In this document: piece after piece, positions 1 through 17,813 of the stretch
How positions within the stretch are numbered: the stretch's first letter is position 1
Layout: the number at the start of each line of letters is the position of its first letter
NCBI RefSeq assembly: GCF_036365525.1
Contig: NC_090373.1
Span: 27,819,571-27,883,570, forward strand
From: Heterodontus francisci
Taxonomy: Eukaryota
Length of the DNA: 64,000 nucleotides
Reading direction: 5' to 3'
Notes under the pieces: generated by a model
The model's database searches: none
What the model saw: the letters and a program-made list of their open reading frames with translations, nothing else
What the model was told of the DNA's origin: nothing
Translations under genes and position numbers: made by a program

Positions 1-519
1 ACTTTCATGCCCTCATAATTGCCCTTAAAGTTTAAAATACTAGTCATTGACCTACTCTTCTCTCCCTCAAACTGAGTGTAAAATTCAATCATATTATGAT
101 CGTTGCTGCCTAGGAGCGCCTTCACCATGAGGTCATTAATCAATCCTATCTCGTTGATTCTAATCAAAAACTAGGGGGCAAGTCAGCATTTCTTCATGTC
201 TTCTAAAGAGATGCTTCTGAATTCATTTCCTTCATTGTTACACAAAGAAATGCCTAAACAGTGTTTGCCCCACAGGTAAGGTCAACTGCTCCTTCCAAAG
301 CCAGCCAGGTTCTGCCCTGTCTAGTGACAAAGAATAATTAATGGACTAGTTAACAACCGAGTAAGCGATCTCACTCTCGCTCTTATATGCACATTCCAAA
401 CATCTGTGTGTAAAGATTTTTTGTAACCTCCCCTGTAATTCTTTTGTGCTCCCCTGTAACAGTGTCGCTGGCCGGTGGAAATGATCTATTGCTATTCACC
501 GTTCCTCTGGTTAGGGTCA

Positions 520-1449
<930 letters not shown>

Positions 1450-1453
1450 TCAC

Positions 1454-1465
1454 TGCGCATGTGCA
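1454..1465. promoter_or_regulatory. NRF1-type motif in the TRIM67 CpG-island promoter
   Basis: TGCGCATGTGCA, one mismatch to the NRF1 consensus TGCGCATGCGCA, about 100 bp upstream of the ATG in a CpG-rich block (about 700-1545). Confidence 0.55.
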
Positions 1466-1505
1466 CACCTCCTCCCCCAGCCCGGGTGGGGGAGGGGGGG
1501 CGCGC

Positions 1506-1525
1506 TGCCTGCCGGGACATGTAGT
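1506..1525 (-). promoter_or_regulatory. ZNF143/SBS-type motif in the TRIM67 promoter
   Basis: Minus strand reads ACTACATGTCCCGGCAGGCA, matching the ACTACAnnTCCCAGnAnGC family; a GGAAGT (ETS-like) site lies just beyond it. Confidence 0.55.
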
Positions 1526-2530
1526 CCTACTGGCGAGGAAGTCACTGTACTGGAATAACCACATCCCAATAATGCACTTTTTGACCTAATTCCAGCATTT
1601 TGCAATTCTCATTTACCATGAATAGCCATAGCGGGTTTTTTTAATGCAGCTAAGATCACTTAGCGTCAATATTAAACTTGTGCACCCAAATTAATCAAGT
1701 CTGTCAGGCAAAGATCTGGTATTTACAATCTACAGCCTAGAATTCCTGATATTGCTGCAGCAGGCGAGTCATTGGAAATGAGTTTTCCATTAGCACGCAA
1801 GGCTATTGGCACCAAATTTCCTCTGGTTAACTCATTATCATAATTATGCATACGTCCAATTTTAGGTTTGGATGTGGGCATGGAAGGCTAATGGTGGGAG
1901 CAGACAACTGTATGTAAGTGGAATTTCAAGTGATGGAGATAATTAGAACGGAGTGTTACAACTGCATGACAGAGCCATTGGAAAGGAAAGAGCTCAATCC
2001 ATTAGCAACCTTTGCTCATGCAGAATGGAAGGCAACAAAATGATGCAGGCAAACAAGCTGAAAGTTGTAGATGAGTCTCCAGGCAATAGATGATGCAGCC
2101 CAGCCCCCATGCTCTCTGAAGGTAGTGAAGTGAAGGTAGTGCTGCATGAGGGGGTTGAGAGTAGGGAGGATCTTTGCGCTGCTCCATGGTCAGCATTACA
2201 GCTTCCCTGCGAGGAGATGCAACCTTGTTTCAGGCCACTGTCACTGCATGAGACAGCCCTATGCTGTATGGTAGCTGCACACAATCTTCGAATAACTTAT
2301 CCGTTTTGGGTCTTGCACAGATTGTTGCCCATGTCATTGCCAGGAAGATGTTCCAGATTCTGTAGTTATAGTAGGGGTCAACTTGATAAATCTGGACATT
2401 CAGGGTACACTGACTGTTGATCGCCCTGGCATTCCTTGTTTGATGCAGTGTCACTGAAAATATGACGTCCTGTGATTGGAATGCTTCTGAGGAAGCATCC
2501 AATATTACAGTTAGACAAACATTCACATAT

Positions 2531-2912
2531 TAGATTAGATTAGATTAGAGATACAGCACTGAAACAGGCCCTTCGGCCCACCGAGTCTGTGCCGAACATC
2601 AACCACCCATTTTATACTAATCCTACACTAATCCCATATTCCCAAACATCCCCACCTGTCCCTATATTTCCCTACCACCTACCTATATTAGTGACAATTT
2701 ATAAATGGCCAATTTACCTATCAACCTGCAAGTCTTTTGGCTTGTGGGAGGAAACCGGAGCACCCGGAGAAAACCCACGCAGACACAGGGAGAACTTGCA
2801 AACTCCACACAGGCAGTACCCGGAATCGAACCCGGGTCCCTGGAGCTGTGAGGCTGCGGTGCTAACCACTGCGCCACTGTGCCGCCCTACCACTGCGCCA
2901 CTGTGCCGCCCT
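2531..2912 (-). mobile_element. tRNA-derived HE1/V-SINE-type SINE, full length, with duplicated 5' head
   Basis: Minus strand: GGGCGGCACAGTGGCGCAGTGG (A box), GGGTTCGATTCC (B box), central GCGTGGGTTTTCTCCGGGTGCTCCGGTTTCCTCCCACA domain, CR1-type 3' end GGGCCGAAGGGCCTGTTTCAGTGCTGTATCTC and (TAATC)n tail. Confidence 0.85.
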
Positions 2913-3371
2913 TGGTGGATATCTTGGTGGTGCCATTAGATCTGCTGTTTCAACATGCATTAATCATCTTCCAAAGTGTGATATGTTCACCACTGTTTGT
3001 TGGTGCAGATATGCAGTATAAATGGGTTGGCACAAGAATCTATTGTGCAGCCTAAACTGTTTGACATACTTGGATTGCTCATCGTCTTCTTTCAAACACC
3101 TCAGGTAGGGGATGTCTCATTAGTGAATCCATTGACAAATGACCCTAGAAAGGGGAACTCTGGAAAACAAAATGAGTTAATGCTATGAACCATGGGTAAT
3201 ACCACACATTCAGCAAAAGAACCTTTCCCAGTTAGCAGTTAGTGACTGAAACTACATACATCCAGGCTTGTCAAGAATTAATGAAGTTATGTTGTTTGCT
3301 GACATGACAAAAATGCCTACAGTGATTGTCCTTTATCTTGGTATTTACAACATGACAAAGTAAACAGTTTT

Positions 3372-3920
3372 GTAAAAGCAAAATACTGCAGATGCTGGAA
3401 ATCCGAAATAAAAACAAAGTGCTGGAAATAGCAGGTCAGGCAGCATCTGTGGAGAGAGAAGCAGAGTTAACGTTTCAGATCTGTGACTTTTTATCAAAAC
3501 TGGCAAAGGTTAGAAATGTAAGGCTTTCAGCAAGTGAAAATGAGGAAGAAAGAAGAACAAAAGGGAAGGTGTGTGATAGGGCAGAGGGCAGGAAGGATTA
3601 AATGACAAAGATGTCATGGTACTAAAGACAAAGGGAGTAGTAATAGCCATAGTAAAAGACAAAGCATTTGTCTGGAGAGAATGGCAAGATAATGAACAAG
3701 ATAATGAAAGCAAAAACATAAAAAACAAGTTTGACTTTTTTTTTTAACCATGTGCCAATAAAAATGGCAGTCATGCCCTGAAATTATTGAACTCTCTGTT
3801 GAATCCAGCAGGTTGTAGAGTGCCTAATCGGAAGATGAGGTGCTGTTCCTCCAGCTTGCGTTGATCTTCACTGGAACACTGCATCAGGGTGAGGACAGAA
3901 ATGTGGGTGTGAGAGCAGGG
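3372..3920 (-). mobile_element. Old Penelope-like element 3' fragment (end of GIY-YIG ORF, 3' UTR, tail)
   Basis: Diverged homology to 14683-15350: ORF end ...FNNFRA* near 3770-3790, decayed hammerhead near 3463-3500, tail AAAAGCAAAATACTGCAGATGCTGGAAATC. Confidence 0.8.
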
Positions 3921-4920
3921 TGGTGAATTAATTAATGAAGTGAATTAATGAAAACTTCTGGTGACCAGTTATCATCCTAAGAATGTTTCCAGATCAGAGG
4001 AACAGAACCCTAAGGATGTTCATACTGTTTCCACCAGACCTATCCCTTTGCAAGTAATGGCAGGGGAGGGAGGAATCTGTACTGAAACAAACAATTAGCA
4101 ATGCTAAACAAAAGCAGAATGCAGTGTTGTACTCAGGTCTTGGTTATAAGACCAGGAGTATAATATTTATGACAGAAATTTTATGTCAGAACTATAACAG
4201 AGGTCAGGCCGAATGGAGTATGAATTCAGCTACTAGAGACTGAAGGTTCCAGAGAAACAGCCCACCACAAGACAATTCAGAAGAAGTTCAAAAATACTAG
4301 TCTCCAAAATTATCAAAACCAATAACCAGCCCACTTAGATGGAACACTTCAGAGTTACACAGAGAGATGGAGTAAAGAATGGGAGAGTTAATAAAATAAG
4401 AAACAGGAAAAATTAAAAAGAAATGTTGAAACATTACAATAAATCAAAGTATGAGTAGAGGGGCATTCTCACAACAGACCAGAGCAAAAGCCTGCAACAC
4501 TCCAACTCTAAATGCTAAGGTTCAAAGGGCCTGGCAGGAGAGTGGGATTAGCTGAGTAGCTGTTAGTGATCGCCCAAGGACACAACTGACTGAATGGCCT
4601 CCTTCTGTGCTGTAACCATTCTATGATTTTATAAAAGGCCACCAAGGTGAGAAAAACTCAAGACCTAAACATTAGAGAAGAATGTGACAAAATATAAGAA
4701 ATTGATAAATTTGCAGAATGGGCGTGAGACTGTCAAATTAATTTCAATATAGACAAGTGTGAGGTGGTGCATTTTGGTAGGACAAATAAGGAGACCACAT
4801 ACTGTTTGGAAAATGAGAGTCTAAAAATGAGTAGAGAATAAAGGAATCTAGGGGTACATCAATGGCCTTGCATTGATTATGACAATGTGGGCAGCCTATA
4901 ATTATCAAAAGCATCACTAA

Positions 4921-5335
4921 TTGGCTCAGCCGCGACTCAGTTGGTAACACTCTCGTCTGAGTTAGAAGGCTTGAGTCTCAGTCCAGAGACTTGAGCATAA
5001 AATCCCAGACTGACAATCTGATGCAGTGCCCAGGAAGTGCTGCACTACCTCAGGTGCTGTCTTTTGAATGAGACATTGAAACGAGACCCTGTCTGCCCTC
5101 TCGAGTGGACCTAAAAGATCCCACAGCACTATTTTAAGAACAAGGGAGTTCTCTCTGGTGTCCTGACCAAAATTTATCCCTCAACCAACCTCACTAAAAC
5201 AGATTATCTGGTCACTATCACATTGCAATTTGTGGGAGCTTGTGTGTACAAAAATTGGCTGCAGCATTTCCGATAACACTTCATTGGATGTAAGGCGTTG
5301 TGAAAGGCACTATAGAAATGCAAGTCTTTCTTTTG
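4921..5335 (+). mobile_element. tRNA-headed Deu-domain-type SINE (SacSINE1-like) with L2-type 3' end
   Basis: GGCTCAG...CTCAGTTGGTAACACTCT head; core AAAGATCCCACAGCACTATTT...GGGAGTTCTC...GGTGTCCTG...ATTTATCCCTCAACCAAC; end GTGAAAGGCACTATAGAAATGCAAGTCTTTC. Homologous copies at 47165 and 48637. Confidence 0.7.
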
Positions 5336-5719
5336 TTGCCACCGGCCCCAGTCTATGGCGCGCGTTATTAACACCGTATGCTTCAGGGATAAACATTGGG
5401 GTTAGGGCAAGAACACGCTACTGACAACACTGCAGTCATTAAATATGCCCTTTAAAAAGTGCAGCCGGCCAGCCACGGTTAGGGCTTAAACTAAAGAAAG
5501 AAATTTCGGGTCGGTGAATTAACGGTAACGACCGGAAAATAGCACAGTTGATCCCCGCGCCCTTTGCTTTGAGATCTGAGACTGGGATGAGTGCACTGAG
5601 CCTTAACACTGGCAATCAGGTTAAACCATATTTGGCATCTACAACCAGCACTGATCCGAAGGCAATCATTCTGGGAACTCAAGGACCACTGCCATTCACA
5701 CAGCTGCACAACAACCCCG

Positions 5720-12620
<6,901 letters not shown>

Positions 12621-13112
12621 GGTGCCTGACATCCAGGTTCCCTGTCAGATACTGGGGGAGAGGAGCTGGTAACTGGATGATTTGCCAGGCAACCCTGGAG
12701 GGCACTAATTCCCTGGTGTATGGAGCAGGTGTTCTACCAACCCCCATGTGTTCCAAACTATTGCCCAAGCTGAGCTGTTAGTTGGGTATGTGATCTGAAA
12801 TATACAAATATTTAAGGGAATATGAACATAAATTCATACAGGAAAAGATCATCAGGTCGATCTCGCCTGTTGGATACTATTGTGAATCCTCAGCTGTTAC
12901 ACCCAGGTGCCAGTCTTCTAGTTTCTTGGAAGAGGCAAGATACCAGATTAGAAATTTGAGGCCATTTAGCAAAAAAAATAAAATCTGATGTACCTCTCCT
13001 AGCCCTCTAGGCAATCTAAATTAGTCTTGGATATCACATTAACCATAACATATTATTTAGGGCCCATCTCTTGTATAAAAGTAAAATACTACATATGCTA
13101 GAAATTTAAAAT

Positions 13113-14508
13113 AAGAACATAAGAAATAGGAGCAGGAGTAGGCCATTCAGCCCCTCAAGCCTGCCCCGCCATTCCATAAGATCATGGCTGATCTGTCCTA
13201 GGCCTCAACTCCTCTTTCGGGCCTGCTCCGCCTAACTCTCAACTCCCCGAGATTTCAAAAGTTTATCTACCTCTTCCTTAAATACATTTAGTGACCTCGC
13301 CTCCACAACTCTCTGAGGCAGAGAATTTCAGAGATTCACCATCCTCTGAGAGAAGAAATTCCTTCGCATCTCAGTTTTAAATGTGTGTCCCCTTATTCTG
13401 TAATTATGTCCCCTAGTTCGAGATTCCCCCACTTGTGGAAACATCTTCTCAACATCTACCCTGTCAAGCCCCCTTAAAATCTTATATGTCACCTCTCATT
13501 CTTCTAAACTCCAATGAATAAAGGCCTAACCTGTTTAGCCGTTCTTGATAAGACAACCCCTTCATCCCAGGAATCAGCCTAGTGAGCCTTTTCTGAACTG
13601 CCTCCAATGCTAGTATATCCTTCTTTAAACACGGGAACCAAAACTGGACGCAGTACTCCAGGTGTGGCCTCACCAACACCCTGTACAGTTGTAACAAGAC
13701 TTCCCTATTTTTAAACTCTAAACCCCTAGCAATAAAGGCCAAAATTCCATTTGCCTTCCTAATTACTTTCTGCACCTGCATGCTAACCTTTTGTGTTTCA
13801 TGCACAAGAACACCCGATCCCTCTGTACTGCAATATTTTGTAGTATTTCTCCATCTAAATAATAATCTGCCTTTTTATTCTTCCTACCAAAGTGGATTAC
13901 CTCACACTTTCCCACATTGAACACCATCTGCCAAGTTTTTACCCACTCACTTAACCTATCTATATCCCTTTGCAGATTCTGTGTCCTCATCACAACATGC
14001 CTTCCCAACTATTTCTGTATCGTCAGCAAATTTGGATATACTAAACTCTGTTCCTTCCTCTAAGTCATTAATATAGATAGTAAATAGTTGAGGCCCTAGG
14101 ACCGATCCTTGTGGCATCCCACTAGTTACAGCTATCCAACCTGAAAAAGACCCATTGATCCCGACTGTCTGCCTTCTGTGTGTTAGCCAGTCCTCAATCC
14201 GTGCCAACACATTACCCCCAATACCCTGAGCTCTTATTTTGTGCAATAACCTTTTATGTGGCACCTTATCGAACGCCTTCTGAAAATCCAAATACACTAC
14301 ATCTGCCAGTTCCCCTTTATCCACTCTGCTTGCTATATCCTCAAAGAACTCTAACCAATTTGCCAAACGTGATTTCCCTTTCATAAAACTATGTTGACTC
14401 TGTTTGATTTCATTATGTTTTTCTAAATGTCCTGCTGCTACTTCCTTAATAATGGACTCTAGCATTTTCCCAAGGACTGATGTTCAGCTAACTGATCTGT
14501 AGTTTCCT
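13113..14508 (-). mobile_element. CR1-clade LINE (HER1-like), 5'-truncated, frameshifted
   Basis: Minus-strand ORF pieces carry [33 protein letters not shown] and [13 protein letters not shown]; the 3' tail ends in (TTCTTATG)-type repeats near 13113. Confidence 0.9.
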
Positions 14509-14782
14509 GAATAAAAACAGAAAAGGCTAGAAATACTCAGTAGGCCTGGCAGCATCTGTGGCGAGAGGAACAGCATTACTGTTTCATCCGAATCTTCTCT
14601 TATGATGTTATCTCCAGTCCAGCTATCTTTACAGGGTGAATCAGCACCCACCAAGCTTGGAAAAGAACTGCCAAACATCTAAAATAAAAGCAAAATACTG
14701 CGGATGCTGGAAATCTGAAACAAAAACAAGAAATGCTGGAATCACTCAGCAGGTCTGGCAGCATCTGTGGAAAGAGAAGCAG

Positions 14783-14819
14783 AGTTAACGTTTCGGGTCA
14801 GTGACCCTTCTTCGGAACT
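14783..14819 (-). ncRNA. Minimal type-I hammerhead ribozyme motif (left arm of Penelope insertion)
   Basis: AGTT-CCGAAGA-A-GGGTC ACT GACCC-GAAAC GTT-AACT: stem I AGTT/AACT, core CCGAAGA (U4C variant of CUGANGA), stem II hairpin, GAAA, palindromic stem III AACGTT. Confidence 0.65.
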
Positions 14820-15198
14820 GACAAATATTAGAAAAGTCACAGATTATAAACAAGTGAGGTGGGGGTTGGGCAAGAGATAACAAAGGAGAAGGTGCAGATT
14901 GGACCAGGCCACATAACTGACCAAAAGGTCACGGAGCAAAGGCAAACAATATGTTAATGGTGTGTTGAAAGACAAAGCATTAGTACAGATTAGGTGTGAA
15001 TATACTGAATATTGAACATCAGCAAGTGCAAACCTGAAGAAGAACAACCTGAAAAAAACAGTGGGTAAGCAAACTGAACAAACTAAGATGAAATGAAATA
15101 AATGCAAAAAAAATTGTAAAAAATGTAAAAAGGAATGCAAAAAAAAGGAAGAAAAAATAACTAAAAATGACTAAAAATGAAAGTAAAGTGGGGGGCTG

Positions 15199-16760
15199 TC
15201 ATGCTCTGAAATTATTGAACTCAATGTTCAGTCCGGCAGGCTGTAGTGTGCCTAATCGGTAGATGAGATGCTGTTCCTCGAGCTTGCGTTGATGTTCACT
15301 GGAACACTGCAGCAATCCCAGGACAGAGATGTGAGCATGAGAGCAGGGGGGAGTGTTGAAATGGCAAGCAACCGGAAGCTCAGGGTCCTGCTTGCGGACT
15401 GAGCGGAGATGTTCCGCAAAGCGGTCACCCAGTCTGCGCTTGGTCTCCCCAATGTAGAGGAGACCACACTGTGAGCAGCGAATACAGTATACTACATTGA
15501 AAGAAGTACAAGTAAATCGCTGCTTCACCTGAAAGGAGTGTTTGGGGCCTGGGATAGTGAGGAGAGAGGAGGTAAATGGGCAGGTATTACACCTCCTGCG
15601 ATTGCAAGGGAAGGTGCCCTGGGACGGGGACGAGGTGGTGGGGGTAATGGAGGAGTGGACCAGGGTGTCACGGAGGGAACGATCCCTTCGGAATGCTGAC
15701 AGGGGAAGGGAGGGGAAGATGCGACTGGTAGTGGCATCACGCTGGAGGTGGCGAAAATGGCGGAGGATGATCCTTTGGATATGGAGGCTGGTGGGATGAA
15801 AAGTGAGGACAAGGGGAACCCTGTCACGGTTCTGGGAGGGAGGGGAAGGGGTGAGGGTAGAGGTGCGGGGAATGGGTCGGACACGGTTGAGGGCCCTGTC
15901 AACCACAGTGGGGGGAAATCCTCGGTTGAGGAAAAAGGAGGTCATATCAGAAGCACCGTCATGGAAGGTAGCATCATCAGAGCAGATGCGTCGGAGACGG
16001 AGAAACTGGGAGAATGGAATGGAGTCCTTACAGGAGGTAGGGTGTGAAGAAGTGTAGTCGAGGTAGCTGTGGGAGTCAGTGGGCTTATAATGGATATTGG
16101 TAGACAACCTATCCCCAGAGATGGAGACAGAGAAGTCGAGGAAGGGAAGGGAAGTGTCAGAGATGGACCATGTAAAGGTGAGAGAAGGGTGGAAATTGGA
16201 AGCAAAGTTGATAAAGTTTTCTAGTTCGGGGCGGGAGCAGGAAACGGCACCGATACAGTCATCAATGTACCGGAAAAAGAGTTGGGGGAGGGGGCCTGAG
16301 TAGGACTGGAACAAAGAATGCTCGACATATCCCACAAAAAGACAGGCATAACTAGGACCCATGCGGGTACCCATAGCGACACCTTTTACTTGAAGGAAAT
16401 GCATGGAGTTGAAGGAGAAGTTGTTCAATGTGAGAACAAGTTCAGCCAGGCGGAGGAGGGTGTTGGTGGATGGGAACTGGTTGGGCCTCTGTTCCAGGAA
16501 GAAGCGGAGAGCCCTCAAACCATCCTGGTGGGGGATGGAGGTGTAGAGCGATTGGACGTCCATAGTGAAGAGGAGGCGGTTGGGACCAGGAAACTGGAAA
16601 TTGTCAAAATGACGTAGGGCGTCAGAAGAGTCACGGATGTAGGTGGGAAGAGACTGGACCAGCGGAGAAAAGATAGAGTCTAGATAGGAAGAAATAAGTT
16701 CAGTTGGGCAGGAGCAAGCTGACACAATGGGTCTGCCGGGACAGTCCCGTTTGTGGATTT
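15199..16760 (-). CDS. Penelope-like reverse transcriptase + Cys-rich linker + GIY-YIG endonuclease (5'-truncated, uninterrupted frame)
   Basis: Motifs IHKRDCPGRPIVS, DVQSLYTSIP, GVAMGTRMGPSYA, RYIDD (RT catalytic), FLD, CNRRRCNTC (Neptune-type linker), VVYCIRCSQCGLLYIGET (GIY-YIG), RFAEH, LEEQHLI, GLN. No stops over about 520 codons. Confidence 0.92.
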
Positions 16761-16764
16761 GTGG

Positions 16765-17396
16765 ACCGTGACAGGGTTCCCCTTGTCCTCACTTTTCATC
16801 CCACCAGCCTCCATATCCAAAGGATCATCCTCCGCCATTTTCGCCACCTCCAGCGTGATGCCACTACCAGTCGCATCTTCCCCTCCCTTCCCCTGTCAGC
16901 ATTCCGAAGGGATCGTTCCCTCCGTGACACCCTGGTCCACTCCTCCATTACCCCCACCACCTCGTCCCCGTCCCAGGGCACCTTCCCTTGCAATCGCAGG
17001 AGGTGTAATACCTGCCCATTTACCTCCTCTCTCCTCACTATCCCAGGCCCCAAACACTCCTTTCAGGTGAAGCAGCGATTTACTTGTACTTCTTTCAATG
17101 TAGTATACTGTATTCGCTGCTCACAGTGTGGTCTCCTCTACATTGGGGAGACCAAGCGCAGACTGGGTGACCGCTTTGCGGAACATCTCCGCTCAGTCCG
17201 CAAGCAGGACCCTGAGCTTCCGGTTGCTTGCCATTTCAACACTCCCCCCTGCTCTCATGCTCACATCTCTGTCCTGGGATTGCTGCAGTGTTCCAGTGAA
17301 CATCAACGCAAGCTCGAGGAACAGCATCTCATCTACCGATTAGGCACACTACAGCCTGCCGGACTGAACATTGAGTTCAATAATTTCAGAGCATGA
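16765..17396 (+). mobile_element. Inverted duplicate of the Penelope ORF C-terminus (GIY-YIG part)
   Basis: Translation from RDRVPLVLTFHP to FNNFRA* is identical to the end of the minus-strand ORF. Confidence 0.9.
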
Positions 17397-17776
17397 CAGC
17401 CCCCCACTTTACTTTCATTTTTAGTCATTTTTAGTTATTTTTTCTTCCTTTTTTTTGCATTCCTTTTTACATTTTTTACAATCTTTTTTTGCATTTATTT
17501 CATTTCATCTTAGTTTGTTCAGTTTGCTTACCCACTGTTTTTTTCAGGTTGTTCTTCTTCAGGTTTGCACTTGCTGATGTTCAATATTCAGTATATTCAC
17601 ACCTAATCTGTACTAATGCTTTGTCTTTCAACACACCATTAACATATTGTTTGCCTTTGCTCCGTGACCTTTTGGTCAGTTATGTGGCCTGGTCCAATCT
17701 GCACCTTCTCCTTTGTTATCTCTTGCCCAACCCCCACCTCACTTGTTTATAATCTGTGACTTTTCTAATATTTGTC

Positions 17777-17813
17777 AGTTCCGAAGAAGGGTCACTGACC
17801 CGAAACGTTAACT
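17777..17813 (+). ncRNA. Minimal type-I hammerhead ribozyme motif (right arm of Penelope insertion)
   Basis: Same sequence as 14783-14819, on the FAM89A sense strand. Confidence 0.65.

Noticed and set aside
2230-2526. Possible Harbinger-like transposase remnant (LNVQ motif)
   Set aside because: One short motif with no supporting catalytic context or TIRs.
2820-2912. tRNA genes at SINE heads (also near 44967, 45575, 59017)
   Set aside because: A and B boxes are followed by SINE body and LINE-type tails rather than a complete cloverleaf and terminator.
16704-17396. Stand-alone GIY-YIG nuclease gene
   Set aside because: It is the inverted duplicate of the Penelope ORF end, with a chimeric non-ATG start from the opposite arm.
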